From Methanopyrus kandleri AV19 (lineage in GTDB: Archaea > JAADCQ01 > Methanopyri > Methanopyrales > Methanopyraceae), in assembly GCF_000007185.1 (NCBI RefSeq), contig NC_003551.1:240001-272000 (forward strand): a DNA stretch of 32,000 nt, written 5' to 3'. The translations under genes were made by a program, and so were the position numbers. Below the pieces are notes generated by a model that saw only the letters and a list, made by a program, of their open reading frames with translations, searched no databases and was not told the origin of the DNA. Shown here one piece after another: positions 1-9,748 of this stretch; within the stretch, counting starts at the first letter, position 1, and every line of letters begins with the position of its first letter.

Positions 1-974
1 TTCAGCCTGATTTCCTCCGGCTCCTGGTCGAAGTCTATCGCCGGCGGGTCCTGTGGGCACGCCTCCTCGCACAGGCCGCACTGGATGCAGTGCTCCATGT
101 CGATCGTGTACACCAACGGCATCGCCTGCGGGAACGGCACGTAGATCGCCTTCCTGGTGCCGATTCCCAGATCGAACTCGTTGGGCACCTCGATCGGACA
201 GACCTCGGCGCAGACTCCGCAGCCCGTGCACGCGTCCTCGTCCACGTACCGCGGCTTCTTCTCGATCGTTACCTCGAAGTTACCGATGTAGCCGTCCACG
301 TCCTTGACCTCGGCGTAAGTGATCATCTCGATGTTCGGGTGGTTACCCACCTGCACCATCTTCGGAGCCAGGATTCACATGGCGCAGTCGTCGGTCGGGA
401 ACGTCTTCGCCAGCCGTGCCATGTTGCCTCCGATCGTCGGCTCCTTCTCCACCAGGTACACCTTGAAGCCCTGATCCGCGAGGTCCAGGGCCGCCTGGAT
501 CCCGGCGATACCACCACCGATGATGAGAACGCTGTTCTCGACCTCCACCTCCTTCGTCGGCACGTCCTCGAGCCGCTTAGCACGCTCCACTGCCGCCCGA
601 ATTAGGTCCTTGGCCTTCTCCGTGGCCTTCTCCGGCTCCTGCATGTGCACGAACGAGCAGTGCTCTCGGATGTTTACCATCTCCATGTAGTATGGCGACA
701 ATCCGGCCTCCTTGACGCAGTTCCTGAACGTGTTCTCGTGGATCTTCGGCGTACAAGCTGCCACGACTACTCGGTCGAGGTCGTGTTCCTTGATGGCTTC
801 CTGGATGATCTCCTGACCCGGATCGGCGCAGAAGAACGGGTAATCCGTCGCGTACACGACGCCGGGCAGTTTCTTGGCGTACTCAACGACCTCTTCGACG
901 TCGACGGACGCCTTGATGTTCACACCGCAGTGGCACACGAACACGCCTATCCTGACGTCGTCCTTGTCGCCCAC
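1..974 (-). CDS. hdrA: CoB-CoM heterodisulfide reductase subunit A (HdrA), selenocysteine-containing, 3' end beyond window
   Basis: N-terminal [29 protein letters not shown] and FAD motif [22 protein letters not shown]. The ORF track stops at a TGA (375-377), but the same frame continues as [35 protein letters not shown]...[12 protein letters not shown]...[11 protein letters not shown] and is collinear with the complete paralog at 13054-15024. Confidence 0.93.
375..377 (-). other. In-frame TGA, predicted selenocysteine codon of hdrA
   Basis: Context [17 protein letters not shown] aligns with [17 protein letters not shown] in the paralog in this window, so the TGA sits exactly where the paralog has Cys. 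The reading frame stays open to the window edge. Confidence 0.92.
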
Positions 975-1088
975 TGGTTCTCACCCCCTATGCCGTTGTG
1001 GCCACGCCCGGTCACACGATGTCCGAGTTATAAGCGTTGGGATATTGGAGGCGGAAATCGGGGAGATTGGAGGGGAGACACAAGGGCG

Positions 1089-1838
1089 TTAGAGCTGAAG
1101 TCCGGGGAAACACTTCGAGAGTAGCATACAGAAGATATCGGAGGCGTACTTGGTCAGGTTGTTCACCATGTTGTCCAGCTCGCTTTTGGCGCTCTCGTAG
1201 GCGCTCTTCTCGTTGCCACTGGCGCTCTTAAGGGCATTTTCTACACGATCATATAACATTGCTATCGGGCCGAACGATTTGATCGCCTCCTTCAAGTTCA
1301 CCTGAAGCTCCGCCGTCACCGCGCTCAGTAGCTGCATCAACGTCGCGTTCGGGCCGATGAACTGGACCAGCATCAGATGGAACTCGTTCAGCGGCTTCTG
1401 GAAGGATTCCTCGTGTAGTTTCTGGTTCACTACCGCCTTGACCGCTGACAGTACTACGGCGAACACTATGTCCTCGGGTCGTGGCTCATGGTAGGCTTGA
1501 CCGCGGAGGCAATCGATCACCGCAGCCACACCATTGCTCAACGCGTCACACAGCGACTGCGTCAAGCCGCTGGCCAAGCTGTAGTACTCGGGTGGTATCG
1601 TCGTAGTGACGTTGGCGGATCCCGTCGTGGAGGTTGACTTTGTTTCATCCGTTCCGATCGTGAGCGGTACACCGACGACGCTGACACCCACATCTGAGCC
1701 TGCATCTGCGCCTGCAGACGGCTTGACGGTCGCTGTAGGCGCCGTTTCAGTGGTCGCCGACGTCTGGAGTTCCGCCGCTGAGGCTATCGGGATCACTACC
1801 ATCGCTACTAGGAGGGTCGCGATGGCGCTAGCACGCAT
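1089..1838 (-). CDS. Predicted secreted/extracytoplasmic protein of unknown function
   Basis: Signal peptide-like [24 protein letters not shown] followed by a Thr/Ser/Ala-rich linker. Internal ATG (1838) preferred over the track start at 1865. No recognised domain. Confidence 0.6.
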
Positions 1839-1913
1839 ACGATCATCCCTGAGCGTAACAGGCACGTTACCGTTTTAAAATCTCTACGAAGCGGGTGGCG
1901 GGGGTGGGTAGCG

Positions 1914-2435
1914 ATGGTGAACCGTCCGGCCCGGATCTACCGGGAGTGGAAGGGTCCGGCGTACACGCGAAGGGAATACATCAAGGGAGTCCCGGACCCA
2001 AAAATCCAGCAGTTCGACATGGGGAATCCGGCGGGTGACTTCGACGTAGAGGTATCACTGGTGGCCAGGGAACGCGCCCAGGTCACGCACAACGCGCTCG
2101 AGGCGGCCCGTGTCGCCGCGAACCGTTACCTGACCAAGACCGTGGGTAGGCAGAACTACCACCTGAAGATCCGAGTGTACCCCCACCACGTTCTGCGCGA
2201 GAACCCACTGGCCACGGGAGCCGGAGCGGACCGAGTTCAGGAGGGAATGCGACTGGCCTTCGGGAAGCCGATCGGTACGGCGGCCAGGGTGCGTGAGGGT
2301 CAGCGCGTGGTTACGGTCCGGATCGACCCGGAGAACTTCGAGCACGCCAAGGAGGCCCTGCGCCGCGCGGGCATGAAGTTCCCGTTCCCGTTCACCATAG
2401 TGGTCGACAAGGGTGAAGAACTGGTTCAGGACTGA
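1914..2435 (+). CDS. rpl10e: 50S ribosomal protein L10e (L16 family)
   Basis: [38 protein letters not shown]...HHVLREN...[23 protein letters not shown] is characteristic of archaeal L10e. Confidence 0.95.
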
Positions 2436-2468
2436 TGCGATACCGATCCGTGCTGAGGGGGGCCCACC

Positions 2469-4781
2469 GTGAAGTACGTCCGGTGGTTCGAGGAGATATC
2501 GAAGGATGACGTCGACGTCGCCGGAGGCAAGGGCGCGAACCTGGGCGAGATGACGCAGGCGGGACTACCAGTCCCGCCCGGCTTCGTGGTCCTGTCCACA
2601 GCCTACGATGAGTTCCTCGAGCGCACTGGCCTGAAGGAGAAGATAAAGGAAATACTTTCCTCCCACGACCTGTCCGACAACGACGAGCTTCAGGAGGCCG
2701 CGGAGGAGATTCAGCGGCTGATCGTTGAGGTCGAAATGCCGGAGGAGATCCGTGAGGAGATCGTGAAAGCCTACCGGGAGCTCTGCGAGAAGGTCGGTAA
2801 GGAAGAGGAGTTCGTAGCTGTCCGCTCGTCGGCGACCGCCGAAGACTTACCGGAAGCTTCCTTCGCGGGCCAGCAGGAGACGTTCCTGAACGTCCAAGGT
2901 GAGGAGGACGTCGTGAAGTACGTGCAGAAGTGTTGGGCGTCCCTATTCACCCCTCGGGCCGTGGCTTACCGGGAGGAGCAAGGGTTCGAGCATCTGGACG
3001 TTTCGATCGCCGTCGTCGTCCAGAAGATGGTAGATTCGGAGAAGTCAGGAGTAATGTTCACGGTCCACCCCTACACCGGCGAGCGGGACAAGATGGTGAT
3101 CGAAGCCGTGTGGGGTCTCGGCGAGGCCGTAGTCAGTGGGGAAGTCACTCCCGACACCTACATCGTCGACAAGAACACGTTCGAGGTCATCGAGGAGCAG
3201 ATATCCGAGCAGGAGTGGATGTACACGAAGGACCCGGAAACAGGGGAGACGGTCAAGGCCGAGGTGCCTGAGGATAAACGCGACGCTAGGAAGCTGACGG
3301 ACGAAGAGATCAAGGAACTGGCGGAGATCGGAGTAGCCGTGGAGGAGCACTACGGGTTCCCGCAGGATATCGAGTGGGCCATCGAGGACGACGAAGTATA
3401 CGTGCTGCAGTCGCGTCCGGTCACCACAATACCAGAGGAGAAGGGCGGAGAGGAAGAGATAGAGGCGGAAGAGTTGGAGGGCAAGATCCTCGTCCGCGGC
3501 CTAGGGGCCAGCCCGGGGATCGGTACGGGCGAAGTCAAGATCGTGATGGACGTGGACGAGATCGACAAGGTGGAGGAAGGGGACGTCCTGGTCACCAAGA
3601 TGACCACACCGGACATGGTCCCGGCGATGCGGAAGGCGTCGGCCATAGTCACCGACGAAGGCGGAATCACATGCCACGCCGCGATCGTGTCGCGAGAGCT
3701 GGGAATCCCGTGTGTGGTCGGTACGGGCAACGCCACGGAGGTCCTCGAGGAGGGGCAGGTGGTAACGGTCGACGGAGAGCGTGGAGTCGTGTACGAGGGT
3801 GACGTGCGCAAGGCCCTCCGTGCCGAGGAGGAAGAGGAGGAGCGGGAAGAGAAGGAGATCGTGGTGGAGCGCCCGGCCGCTGAGCCAGTGACCGCTACGG
3901 AGATCAAGGTTAACGTCAGCATGCCCGAAGCCGCGGAGCGTGCCGCTAAGACGGGAGCCGACGGTGTCGGATTGCTCCGTATCGAACACATGATCCTGGG
4001 CGTGGGAGTACATCCCCGCAAGCTCATCGAGGAGGGTGAGCGCGAGAAACTCGTGCAAGTGTTGATGGACGGGATCCGCAAGGTCGCGGACGCCTTCTAC
4101 CCGAAGCCCGTATGGGTCAGAACCCTGGACGCTCCGACCGACGAGTTCCGCGAGCTCGAAGGTGGTGAGCGGGAGCCCGAAGAAACCAACCCGATGCTCG
4201 GTTGGAGAGGTATTCGTCGCGATCTCGAGGAGCGGGAGACTCTCGAGTGTCAGTTCGAGGCTATCCGCCGCCTCCACCAGGAGGGTTACGATAACATCGG
4301 CGTGATGATTCCGTTGGTACAGCACCCCGAAGAACTGCGCCGCGCTAAGCGGATCGCCAAGGAAGTAGGGCTCAAACCGCATCGTCAGGTCGAGTTCGGA
4401 ATGATGGTGGAAACACCTGCCGCCGCGGTACTAATCGACGAATTCATCGAAGTAGGCCTCGACTTCGTGAGCCTCGGTACCAACGACCTCACCCAGTACA
4501 CGTTGGCGGTCGACAGGAACAACGACAAGGTGGCATACCTCTACGACGAGAAGCACCCGGCAGTACTCCGGCTGATCAAACACGTCATCAACGAGTGCAA
4601 GGAGGCTGGAGTGAAGACGAGCATCTGCGGTCAGGCGGGTAGCGACCCGAAGATGGCCGAGATACTAGTGAAAGCGGGCATCGACAGCATCTCGGCGAAC
4701 ATCGACGCGGTGCCCCAGATCCGGCGGATCGTAGCCCGGGTAGAGCGGAAGATACTGCTGGATAAGATGAGGGAGTTCTAA
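2469..4781 (+). CDS. ppsA: Phosphoenolpyruvate synthase
   Basis: VDVAGGKGANLGEMTQAGLPVPPGFVV; phospho-His motif GGITCHAAIVSRELGIPCVVGTG; C-terminal SLGTNDLTQYTLAVDRN and GQAGSDPKMAEILVKAGIDSIS. Confidence 0.96.
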   Translation: MKYVRWFEEISKDDVDVAGGKGANLGEMTQAGLPVPPGFVVLSTAYDEFLERTGLKEKIKEILSSHDLSDNDELQEAAEEIQRLIVEVEMPEEIREEIVKAYRELCEKVGKEEEFVAVRSSATAEDLPEASFAGQQETFLNVQGEEDVVKYVQKCWASLFTPRAVAYREEQGFEHLDVSIAVVVQKMVDSEKSGVMFTVHPYTGERDKMVIEAVWGLGEAVVSGEVTPDTYIVDKNTFEVIEEQISEQEWMYTKDPETGETVKAEVPEDKRDARKLTDEEIKELAEIGVAVEEHYGFPQDIEWAIEDDEVYVLQSRPVTTIPEEKGGEEEIEAEELEGKILVRGLGASPGIGTGEVKIVMDVDEIDKVEEGDVLVTKMTTPDMVPAMRKASAIVTDEGGITCHAAIVSRELGIPCVVGTGNATEVLEEGQVVTVDGERGVVYEGDVRKALRAEEEEEEREEKEIVVERPAAEPVTATEIKVNVSMPEAAERAAKTGADGVGLLRIEHMILGVGVHPRKLIEEGEREKLVQVLMDGIRKVADAFYPKPVWVRTLDAPTDEFRELEGGEREPEETNPMLGWRGIRRDLEERETLECQFEAIRRLHQEGYDNIGVMIPLVQHPEELRRAKRIAKEVGLKPHRQVEFGMMVETPAAAVLIDEFIEVGLDFVSLGTNDLTQYTLAVDRNNDKVAYLYDEKHPAVLRLIKHVINECKEAGVKTSICGQAGSDPKMAEILVKAGIDSISANIDAVPQIRRIVARVERKILLDKMREF

Positions 4782-4786
4782 CGCCC

Positions 4787-5512
4787 GTGTCCCTCCTGAA
4801 ACATCTTTCCGAGCTGGGATTGTCCGAACGAGAGGCGCGGGTGTACCTGTACCTGGTCCGCGCCGGTGAGGCCAACGCACGGGAGGTGAGCGAGGGAGTC
4901 GAGATCCCGTACTCGAAGGTTTACTCCGTCCTACGATCGCTGGAAGACAAGGGATGGGTGGAAGCCGACCGGAGCGCCAGACCTACCACCTACCGACCGG
5001 TATCCCCGGACGTCGCGGTGAAGCGAGCCCTGGAGCAAGAGCTGAACAGGATCCGACGTGAGCTGGAGGAACACGCCAAGGTCGCCGTGAGGAAACTTTC
5101 CGAGATATACAGAGCGGAACGCGAGACCGTGGCCCGCACGTATCACGGTAAGTCCGCCAGGGAAACGCTCGCAGAAGTGCTAAGATCGTCGGAAGACATA
5201 GCCTGCATCGTCCACTTAGGCCGCAATCTGCCACGCTGGCTCCTGGAGTCGCTTCGGCGGATGGAAGGTTTGATGATCCTTAGGGCTAAGGAAGGGTCCG
5301 AGGTCGCCGACGAACTGGAACCCGATGTGAAGGCACCCATCGATATCGAACCCCGAAACACCTTAATAGTGCTCTCAGCGGACCGCCGCGAGTTTTTCTT
5401 GGGTAAGTTCGGTGAGGGCGACTACCTGCTCTCACTCGAGGAGCCGATACTGGCCCAAGGGATTCACGATGCGGTCACGAGAGCGTGTAAATCGCGCTCA
5501 CGGCACGCTTGA
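4787..5512 (+). CDS. TrmB-family transcriptional regulator
   Basis: N-terminal wHTH LSELGLSEREARVYLYLVRAGEANAREVSEGVEIPYSKVYSVLRSLEDKGWV, typical of TrmB/Sugar-bind-HTH. GTG start immediately after ppsA. Confidence 0.8.
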   Translation: MSLLKHLSELGLSEREARVYLYLVRAGEANAREVSEGVEIPYSKVYSVLRSLEDKGWVEADRSARPTTYRPVSPDVAVKRALEQELNRIRRELEEHAKVAVRKLSEIYRAERETVARTYHGKSARETLAEVLRSSEDIACIVHLGRNLPRWLLESLRRMEGLMILRAKEGSEVADELEPDVKAPIDIEPRNTLIVLSADRREFFLGKFGEGDYLLSLEEPILAQGIHDAVTRACKSRSRHA

Positions 5513-5990
5513 GTACCGGGTCAGGTAAGACCCTAAAGCCTAGGAAGGACAGCACCGACTCCAACTTGTCCGAAGTCCACACGCACCAGTCCAGCGGAGT
5601 CCTGGGCGGCGGACCGTACGGGAACATATGACGCCTGACAGCCCGAACAACGGCGGGGTCGACGTTCACCTCTTCCAGGAGCTCGCTCCCGGTTCTCCAG
5701 TGACAGATACCACAGTGGCCGCCCGGGTCGAGCTTACAGAGTGGGCATCTCGGAATTCCGTAACCGATGTCGTGCAGTAACCCCGATTCGAGGGCGATTT
5801 TGCCGTCGACTCTGAACTTCCCCGACAGTCGCCAGCACAGGTAAGCCACCTTCAACGAGTGCTCGAGCCTCGTATCACCACGGTGTCCGCGGATGTCGTG
5901 CAGGCGACATAGTCGCCGAAGGACGCGTTCGGGGAGATCGGAAACCACCTCCTCCAGGACACGTAGAAAGCGCAAATGTTTCGACTCCAA
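5475..5990 (-). CDS. HD-domain phosphohydrolase-like protein with Cys-rich insertion
   Basis: LEHSLKVAYLCWRL...ALESGLLHDIGYG HD signature. Inserted C-x2-C-x7-C-x2-C (CPLCKLDPGGHCGIC), then RAVRRHMFP. Confidence 0.7.
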   Translation of the reverse strand: MESKHLRFLRVLEEVVSDLPERVLRRLCRLHDIRGHRGDTRLEHSLKVAYLCWRLSGKFRVDGKIALESGLLHDIGYGIPRCPLCKLDPGGHCGICHWRTGSELLEEVNVDPAVVRAVRRHMFPYGPPPRTPLDWCVWTSDKLESVLSFLGFRVLPDPVLKRAVSAIYTLS

Positions 5991-6011
5991 TAACGTTTCC
6001 CCACGGGGCGC

Positions 6012-6296
6012 TCAGAGGGTGCGACTGGCACTCACCACCTCGACCTGATTGACCTCGTCGACCTCCTTGAGAGCGTCCTCGAGCGCGTCGGTACCTCCCT
6101 CGGCGTCCGGCACTACCACCTTCACTCTGATCGCCTTCAGCCCGAAGGCGATAGGTTCTTCCTCCATGCCTTCGATGTCCACGACGTCCATGGACTCGAG
6201 CTTCTCGCGGATGGCCTCCTTGAGTTCCTCGTAGTCCACATCGGCACTCTCCGGGAGGACTTTCAGGTCCACGAGTACTTTCGACACCACTATCAC
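6012..6296 (-). CDS. ef1b: Elongation factor 1-beta (aEF-1beta)
   Basis: 94 aa; [27 protein letters not shown]...[32 protein letters not shown] matches the archaeal EF-1beta fold/motif. Confidence 0.9.
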
Positions 6297-6300
6297 CCCC

Positions 6301-6615
6301 TTAAGGACCTATGAAGCCGCAGTTGGGACACTGGTACCGGTTGCCCAACCTCCTACACTTCTGGCATCGGGTGATCACGACCTCACCGCACTTCGGGCAC
6401 GGATGGGAAACCGCACGCTCGCCGGGAGCGATCGGTCCACCGCACGCGGAACATACGGCGTAGTCGGCACGCTCTATACGACCGGCTTCGGTCATCTCGA
6501 CTTCCTCTGCGGCCTCCTCGATGAGTTCTTCCCGCGTCTTACCCCCTGTTTCCTTCAGCTCTTCTGAAGAAGCCCTCTCCACGCCGACTTCCCGCTCCTC
6601 GTTCTCCTCCGCCAA
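6301..6615 (-). CDS. Zn-ribbon RNA-binding-type protein
   Basis: C-terminal [50 protein letters not shown]. Position directly upstream of ef1b is typical of archaea. Confidence 0.8.
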
Positions 6616-6665
6616 TCGGTACCCCCTAAAGAGCGGCCCGAAAAGGATGCTATATCAGTGGCGGG

Positions 6666-6908
6666 CTAGCCCTTCTTCTTGATGTAGATCACGAAGTGGT
6701 CCTCTCCCTCCTCCACGTCCAGGACCTCGTGCCCGTTCTCCTCGGCGAACCTCCGGATGTTGTCCTTCGCGGGAGGGTAATCGCCGACGACCTTCAGGAC
6801 CTCCCCTTCGCTCATCTCCTCCAGCTTCTTCCTAGTTTCGAGCACGGGCATGGGACAGATCTTACCCCGAACGTCCAGCTCTTCGTCGTACTCGACCATC
6901 CAGGTCAC
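6666..6908 (-). CDS. TusA/SirA/YedF-family sulfur (selenium) carrier protein
   Basis: 80 aa; LDVRGKICPMPVLETRKKLEEMSEGEVLKVVGDYPPAKDNIRRFAEENGHEVLDV contains the CPxP active-site motif. Confidence 0.88.
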   Translation of the reverse strand: MTWMVEYDEELDVRGKICPMPVLETRKKLEEMSEGEVLKVVGDYPPAKDNIRRFAEENGHEVLDVEEGEDHFVIYIKKKG

Positions 6909-7027
6909 CCCCGACTCAACCCATGCGATAGGTATTCGGATTTGTTCCCTACAATTCTCAATGGGTATAAGGTCAGTTAATGGTCATATTTAACCACGAA
7001 CTCCATTAGTGTAATGCAGGAATTCGA

Positions 7028-7038
7028 TTTAATAATAA
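7028..7038 (+). promoter_or_regulatory. Candidate TATA box (TTTAATAATAA)
   Basis: AT-rich element in a GC-rich context, about 30-40 nt upstream of the preferred TTG start of the downstream ORF. Confidence 0.4.
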
Positions 7039-7068
7039 GTGAGAAAGTGTCGAGCCGAGGGGATCTTG

Positions 7069-8334
7069 TTGGATATCAGAGAGATTTGGAAAGAGCTCGG
7101 AATCGACCTAGAGCGGCATGATGAGTTGCTCGAAGCCCTGCCGGAGGTGTACGAAGAGATCTTCCTGAGTCAGGAAAACCGTCCCGAGCGTATGTCCTAC
7201 TTCGACGAGGTAGTCGCCGATATCCACGGCGCACGAGTCCGGGAGCTGTACGAGATGAGACAGGAGGGTAAACCGATCCTAGGGACGTTCTGCGTCTACG
7301 TGCCGGAGGAGATCGTCCTCGCCGCGGGCGGTGTTTGCGTAGGGTTATGTGGCGGAGCGGAGTTCCCGATCCCGGACGCCGAAAAGTACCTCCCACGCGA
7401 CCTGTGCCCGTTGATCAAATCGTCCTTCGGCTTCCTGGTATCCAGACTGTGCCCTTACTGCCAAGTCGCGACGGTAATCGTCGGCGAGAACACTTGCGAC
7501 GGCAAGAAGAAGATGTACGAGATAATGTCAGAACACAAGGATGTCTACGTGATGGAAATGCCGCAGGTGAAAGATGAAGAGGGTCTCGAGTACTGGCACG
7601 AGCAACTGATTAAATTCAAGGAGTTCGTAGAGGAACTATCCGGGAACGAAATCACCTATGAGTCATTATTAGATGCTATAGAACGTGTGAACGCCAAGCG
7701 GGAAGCCTTTAGAAAGTTATACGAGCTCAGGAAGCACGACCCAGCACCTATAAGCGGACGTGACGCGAACTTGATAGCCCAGATAGCGTTCTACGATGAT
7801 GTAGATAGATTCACAGAGAAGGTAAACGAACTCAACGAAGAGCTCGAAAAACGGGTGGAAGAAGGCGAAGGTGTCGCCGAGGAAGCACCGAGAATTCTCG
7901 TAGCCGGCACGCCGATGCCGATTCCACACTGGAAGCTGCTTTACGTCGTGGAGTCCTGCGGCGCGGTGGTAGTTTGTGAGGAGTCGTGCACGGGCACCAG
8001 GTACTTTGAACGGGAGGTCAGCACAGAAGGAGACGACGTTGAAGATCTTATTAAGAATATTGCGGAGGCATACATGGAAACGAAATGTGCTATCTTCACA
8101 CCGAACGATGAAAGAGTTAAAGATATTATTAAGAAATACAAAGAGTGGAACTGTGATGGGGTGATTTTGTATAACCTTAAATTCTGTCAACCGTACGCTG
8201 TGGAACACTCAAAGATCGAAAGTAGGCTGAGAGAAGAAGGAATCCCTGCACTAAAACTTGAATCCGACTACAGCGAGGAGGACGTGGAACAACTGAAAAC
8301 TAGGATCGAGACGTTCTTGGAGTCGATCGCCTAG
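7069..8334 (+). CDS. 2-hydroxyacyl-CoA dehydratase component D / double-cubane cluster protein family (HgdB/YjiM-like)
   Basis: GTFCVYVPEEIVLAAGGVCVGLCGG; KSSFGFLVSRLCPYCQVATVIVGENTCDGKKKMYEIM; GTPMPIPHWKLLYVVESCGAVVVCEESCTGTRYF. TTG at 7069 preferred (GAGGGG upstream); the track start is GTG 7039. Confidence 0.85.
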   Translation: MDIREIWKELGIDLERHDELLEALPEVYEEIFLSQENRPERMSYFDEVVADIHGARVRELYEMRQEGKPILGTFCVYVPEEIVLAAGGVCVGLCGGAEFPIPDAEKYLPRDLCPLIKSSFGFLVSRLCPYCQVATVIVGENTCDGKKKMYEIMSEHKDVYVMEMPQVKDEEGLEYWHEQLIKFKEFVEELSGNEITYESLLDAIERVNAKREAFRKLYELRKHDPAPISGRDANLIAQIAFYDDVDRFTEKVNELNEELEKRVEEGEGVAEEAPRILVAGTPMPIPHWKLLYVVESCGAVVVCEESCTGTRYFEREVSTEGDDVEDLIKNIAEAYMETKCAIFTPNDERVKDIIKKYKEWNCDGVILYNLKFCQPYAVEHSKIESRLREEGIPALKLESDYSEEDVEQLKTRIETFLESIA

Positions 8335-8341
8335 GGCCCGC

Positions 8342-9646
8342 TCACACCATCTCCTCGACCTTTTCTATGACCATTTCGAGGAATTCTACGTCGTTGAGCA
8401 TGCTTTCGGGTGGTTCGACGACCTTGCGCATCCTGATGGGTACTGAGTCCATTCGGTAGGCGGTGCCTTCCCATTCGATGCCGGCGATGGTTACGGGCAC
8501 GTACAGGTCGGCGAGTTCGGCGGTCGGCGTCCAGTGCGGGTCCACGCACACGAGCGGGATCCTAGCCATGTGCTCCACAGCCTTCCGCGGGAAGTGCGCA
8601 CCCGGATCACTGGCGATTACGAAGGCGGCGTCCACTTCTCCCCTGATCAGTACGTCCACCGCGGAGAACTCGCCTGGGTTGTACCGCGGGTACCCACGGC
8701 TGAAGTCCACGGCGAACGGGTAGCCCGTAGTCCACGTGAGCACCTCGTTGAAGCCGGTCACGTTGTAGTGACCTCGCATCATGATCAGAGTCCACTTCGC
8801 GTACTCGTTCAGATCTCGGATCAAGCAGATCGCGTTGTCGATGTTCCGATGACGACCCCGGGACATCGTGATGCCCATGCCCCAGAACAGTGTGCCGAAG
8901 CTGGCCTCCTTGATCAGGTCAGCGACCTCGTGCACGGCTTCCACCGGAATTCCCGCCACCTCCTCGCGCTCGATCTCGATCCCGTGAACAGCCGCCCGGA
9001 GCGCGCTGATCAGCTCATAGTCCTCGTTGGGTCTAACCTGCAGGTGGACGTCCGCTAGCTCGGCCGTAGCGGTCCTCCGCGGGTCCACGACGATGATAGT
9101 ACGATCCTCACGACCCTTCGGTCGGAAGAAGCCGCGGGTGAAGGCGGTGTAACGGCTCATGTGCCGCGGGTGGGCGTGCATAGGGTTGCAACCCCAGTAG
9201 ATGATGACGTCCGCTCGATTCTTCACTTCACCCAATGTACAGCTAGGAACACCGGCGTCTTGCAATCCAAGTGTTGACGGTCCATGACACACTGAAGCGG
9301 TATTATCTATCACAGCTCCAACTTTTTCTGCAATCTCTATCCCAACTTCATGTGCTTCACATAGCGTTGAAGACCAGCCATACATCAGAGGCCATTTCGC
9401 CTCAACAAGTATTCTTGCCGTCTCTTCTGCGGCGTCTTCGTAGTCGATTTTCTTCCATTCTCCGTTCTCTTTGATCATCGGCTCGGTGTGACGATGATCC
9501 TCCTGCGCCGTCAAGAACTTCGCAGCACCGATCCTACAAGCATGCCGTACTTCCACGATCTCACCGTCCTCCACGACCACCTCTAGATCATCACACAGCG
9601 TACCACAGAACGGACAGACCACATCCTTGATCACTTTACGACCCAA
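8342..9646 (-). CDS. fwcB: Formylmethanofuran dehydrogenase subunit B, cysteine (selenium-independent) isoform
   Basis: DVVCPFCGTLCDDLEVVVEDG N-terminal 4Fe-4S motif; TASVCHGPSTLG carries Cys at the metal-ligand position; YWGCNPMHAHPRHMSRY. Symbol by analogy to the M. kandleri fwcB/fwuB pair. Confidence 0.9.
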   Translation of the reverse strand: MGRKVIKDVVCPFCGTLCDDLEVVVEDGEIVEVRHACRIGAAKFLTAQEDHRHTEPMIKENGEWKKIDYEDAAEETARILVEAKWPLMYGWSSTLCEAHEVGIEIAEKVGAVIDNTASVCHGPSTLGLQDAGVPSCTLGEVKNRADVIIYWGCNPMHAHPRHMSRYTAFTRGFFRPKGREDRTIIVVDPRRTATAELADVHLQVRPNEDYELISALRAAVHGIEIEREEVAGIPVEAVHEVADLIKEASFGTLFWGMGITMSRGRHRNIDNAICLIRDLNEYAKWTLIMMRGHYNVTGFNEVLTWTTGYPFAVDFSRGYPRYNPGEFSAVDVLIRGEVDAAFVIASDPGAHFPRKAVEHMARIPLVCVDPHWTPTAELADLYVPVTIAGIEWEGTAYRMDSVPIRMRKVVEPPESMLNDVEFLEMVIEKVEEMV

Positions 9647-9748
9647 TATGACCCCCGTAAACGCCGTGATCGTCTCAGCTTTTGAAAGTTATTAATCCCG
9701 GAGTTCAATGGTTATTCGTGTTCATAAAGGGCGCAACAAGCCCAATAT

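Noticed and set aside
3501-4382. 293-aa ORF opposite ppsA
   Set aside because: Antisense shadow of the highly supported ppsA coding frame.
2469-4781. Possible intein in PEP synthase
   Set aside because: Some methanogen PEP synthases carry inteins, but this ORF is a normal 770 aa and collinear through the catalytic motifs.
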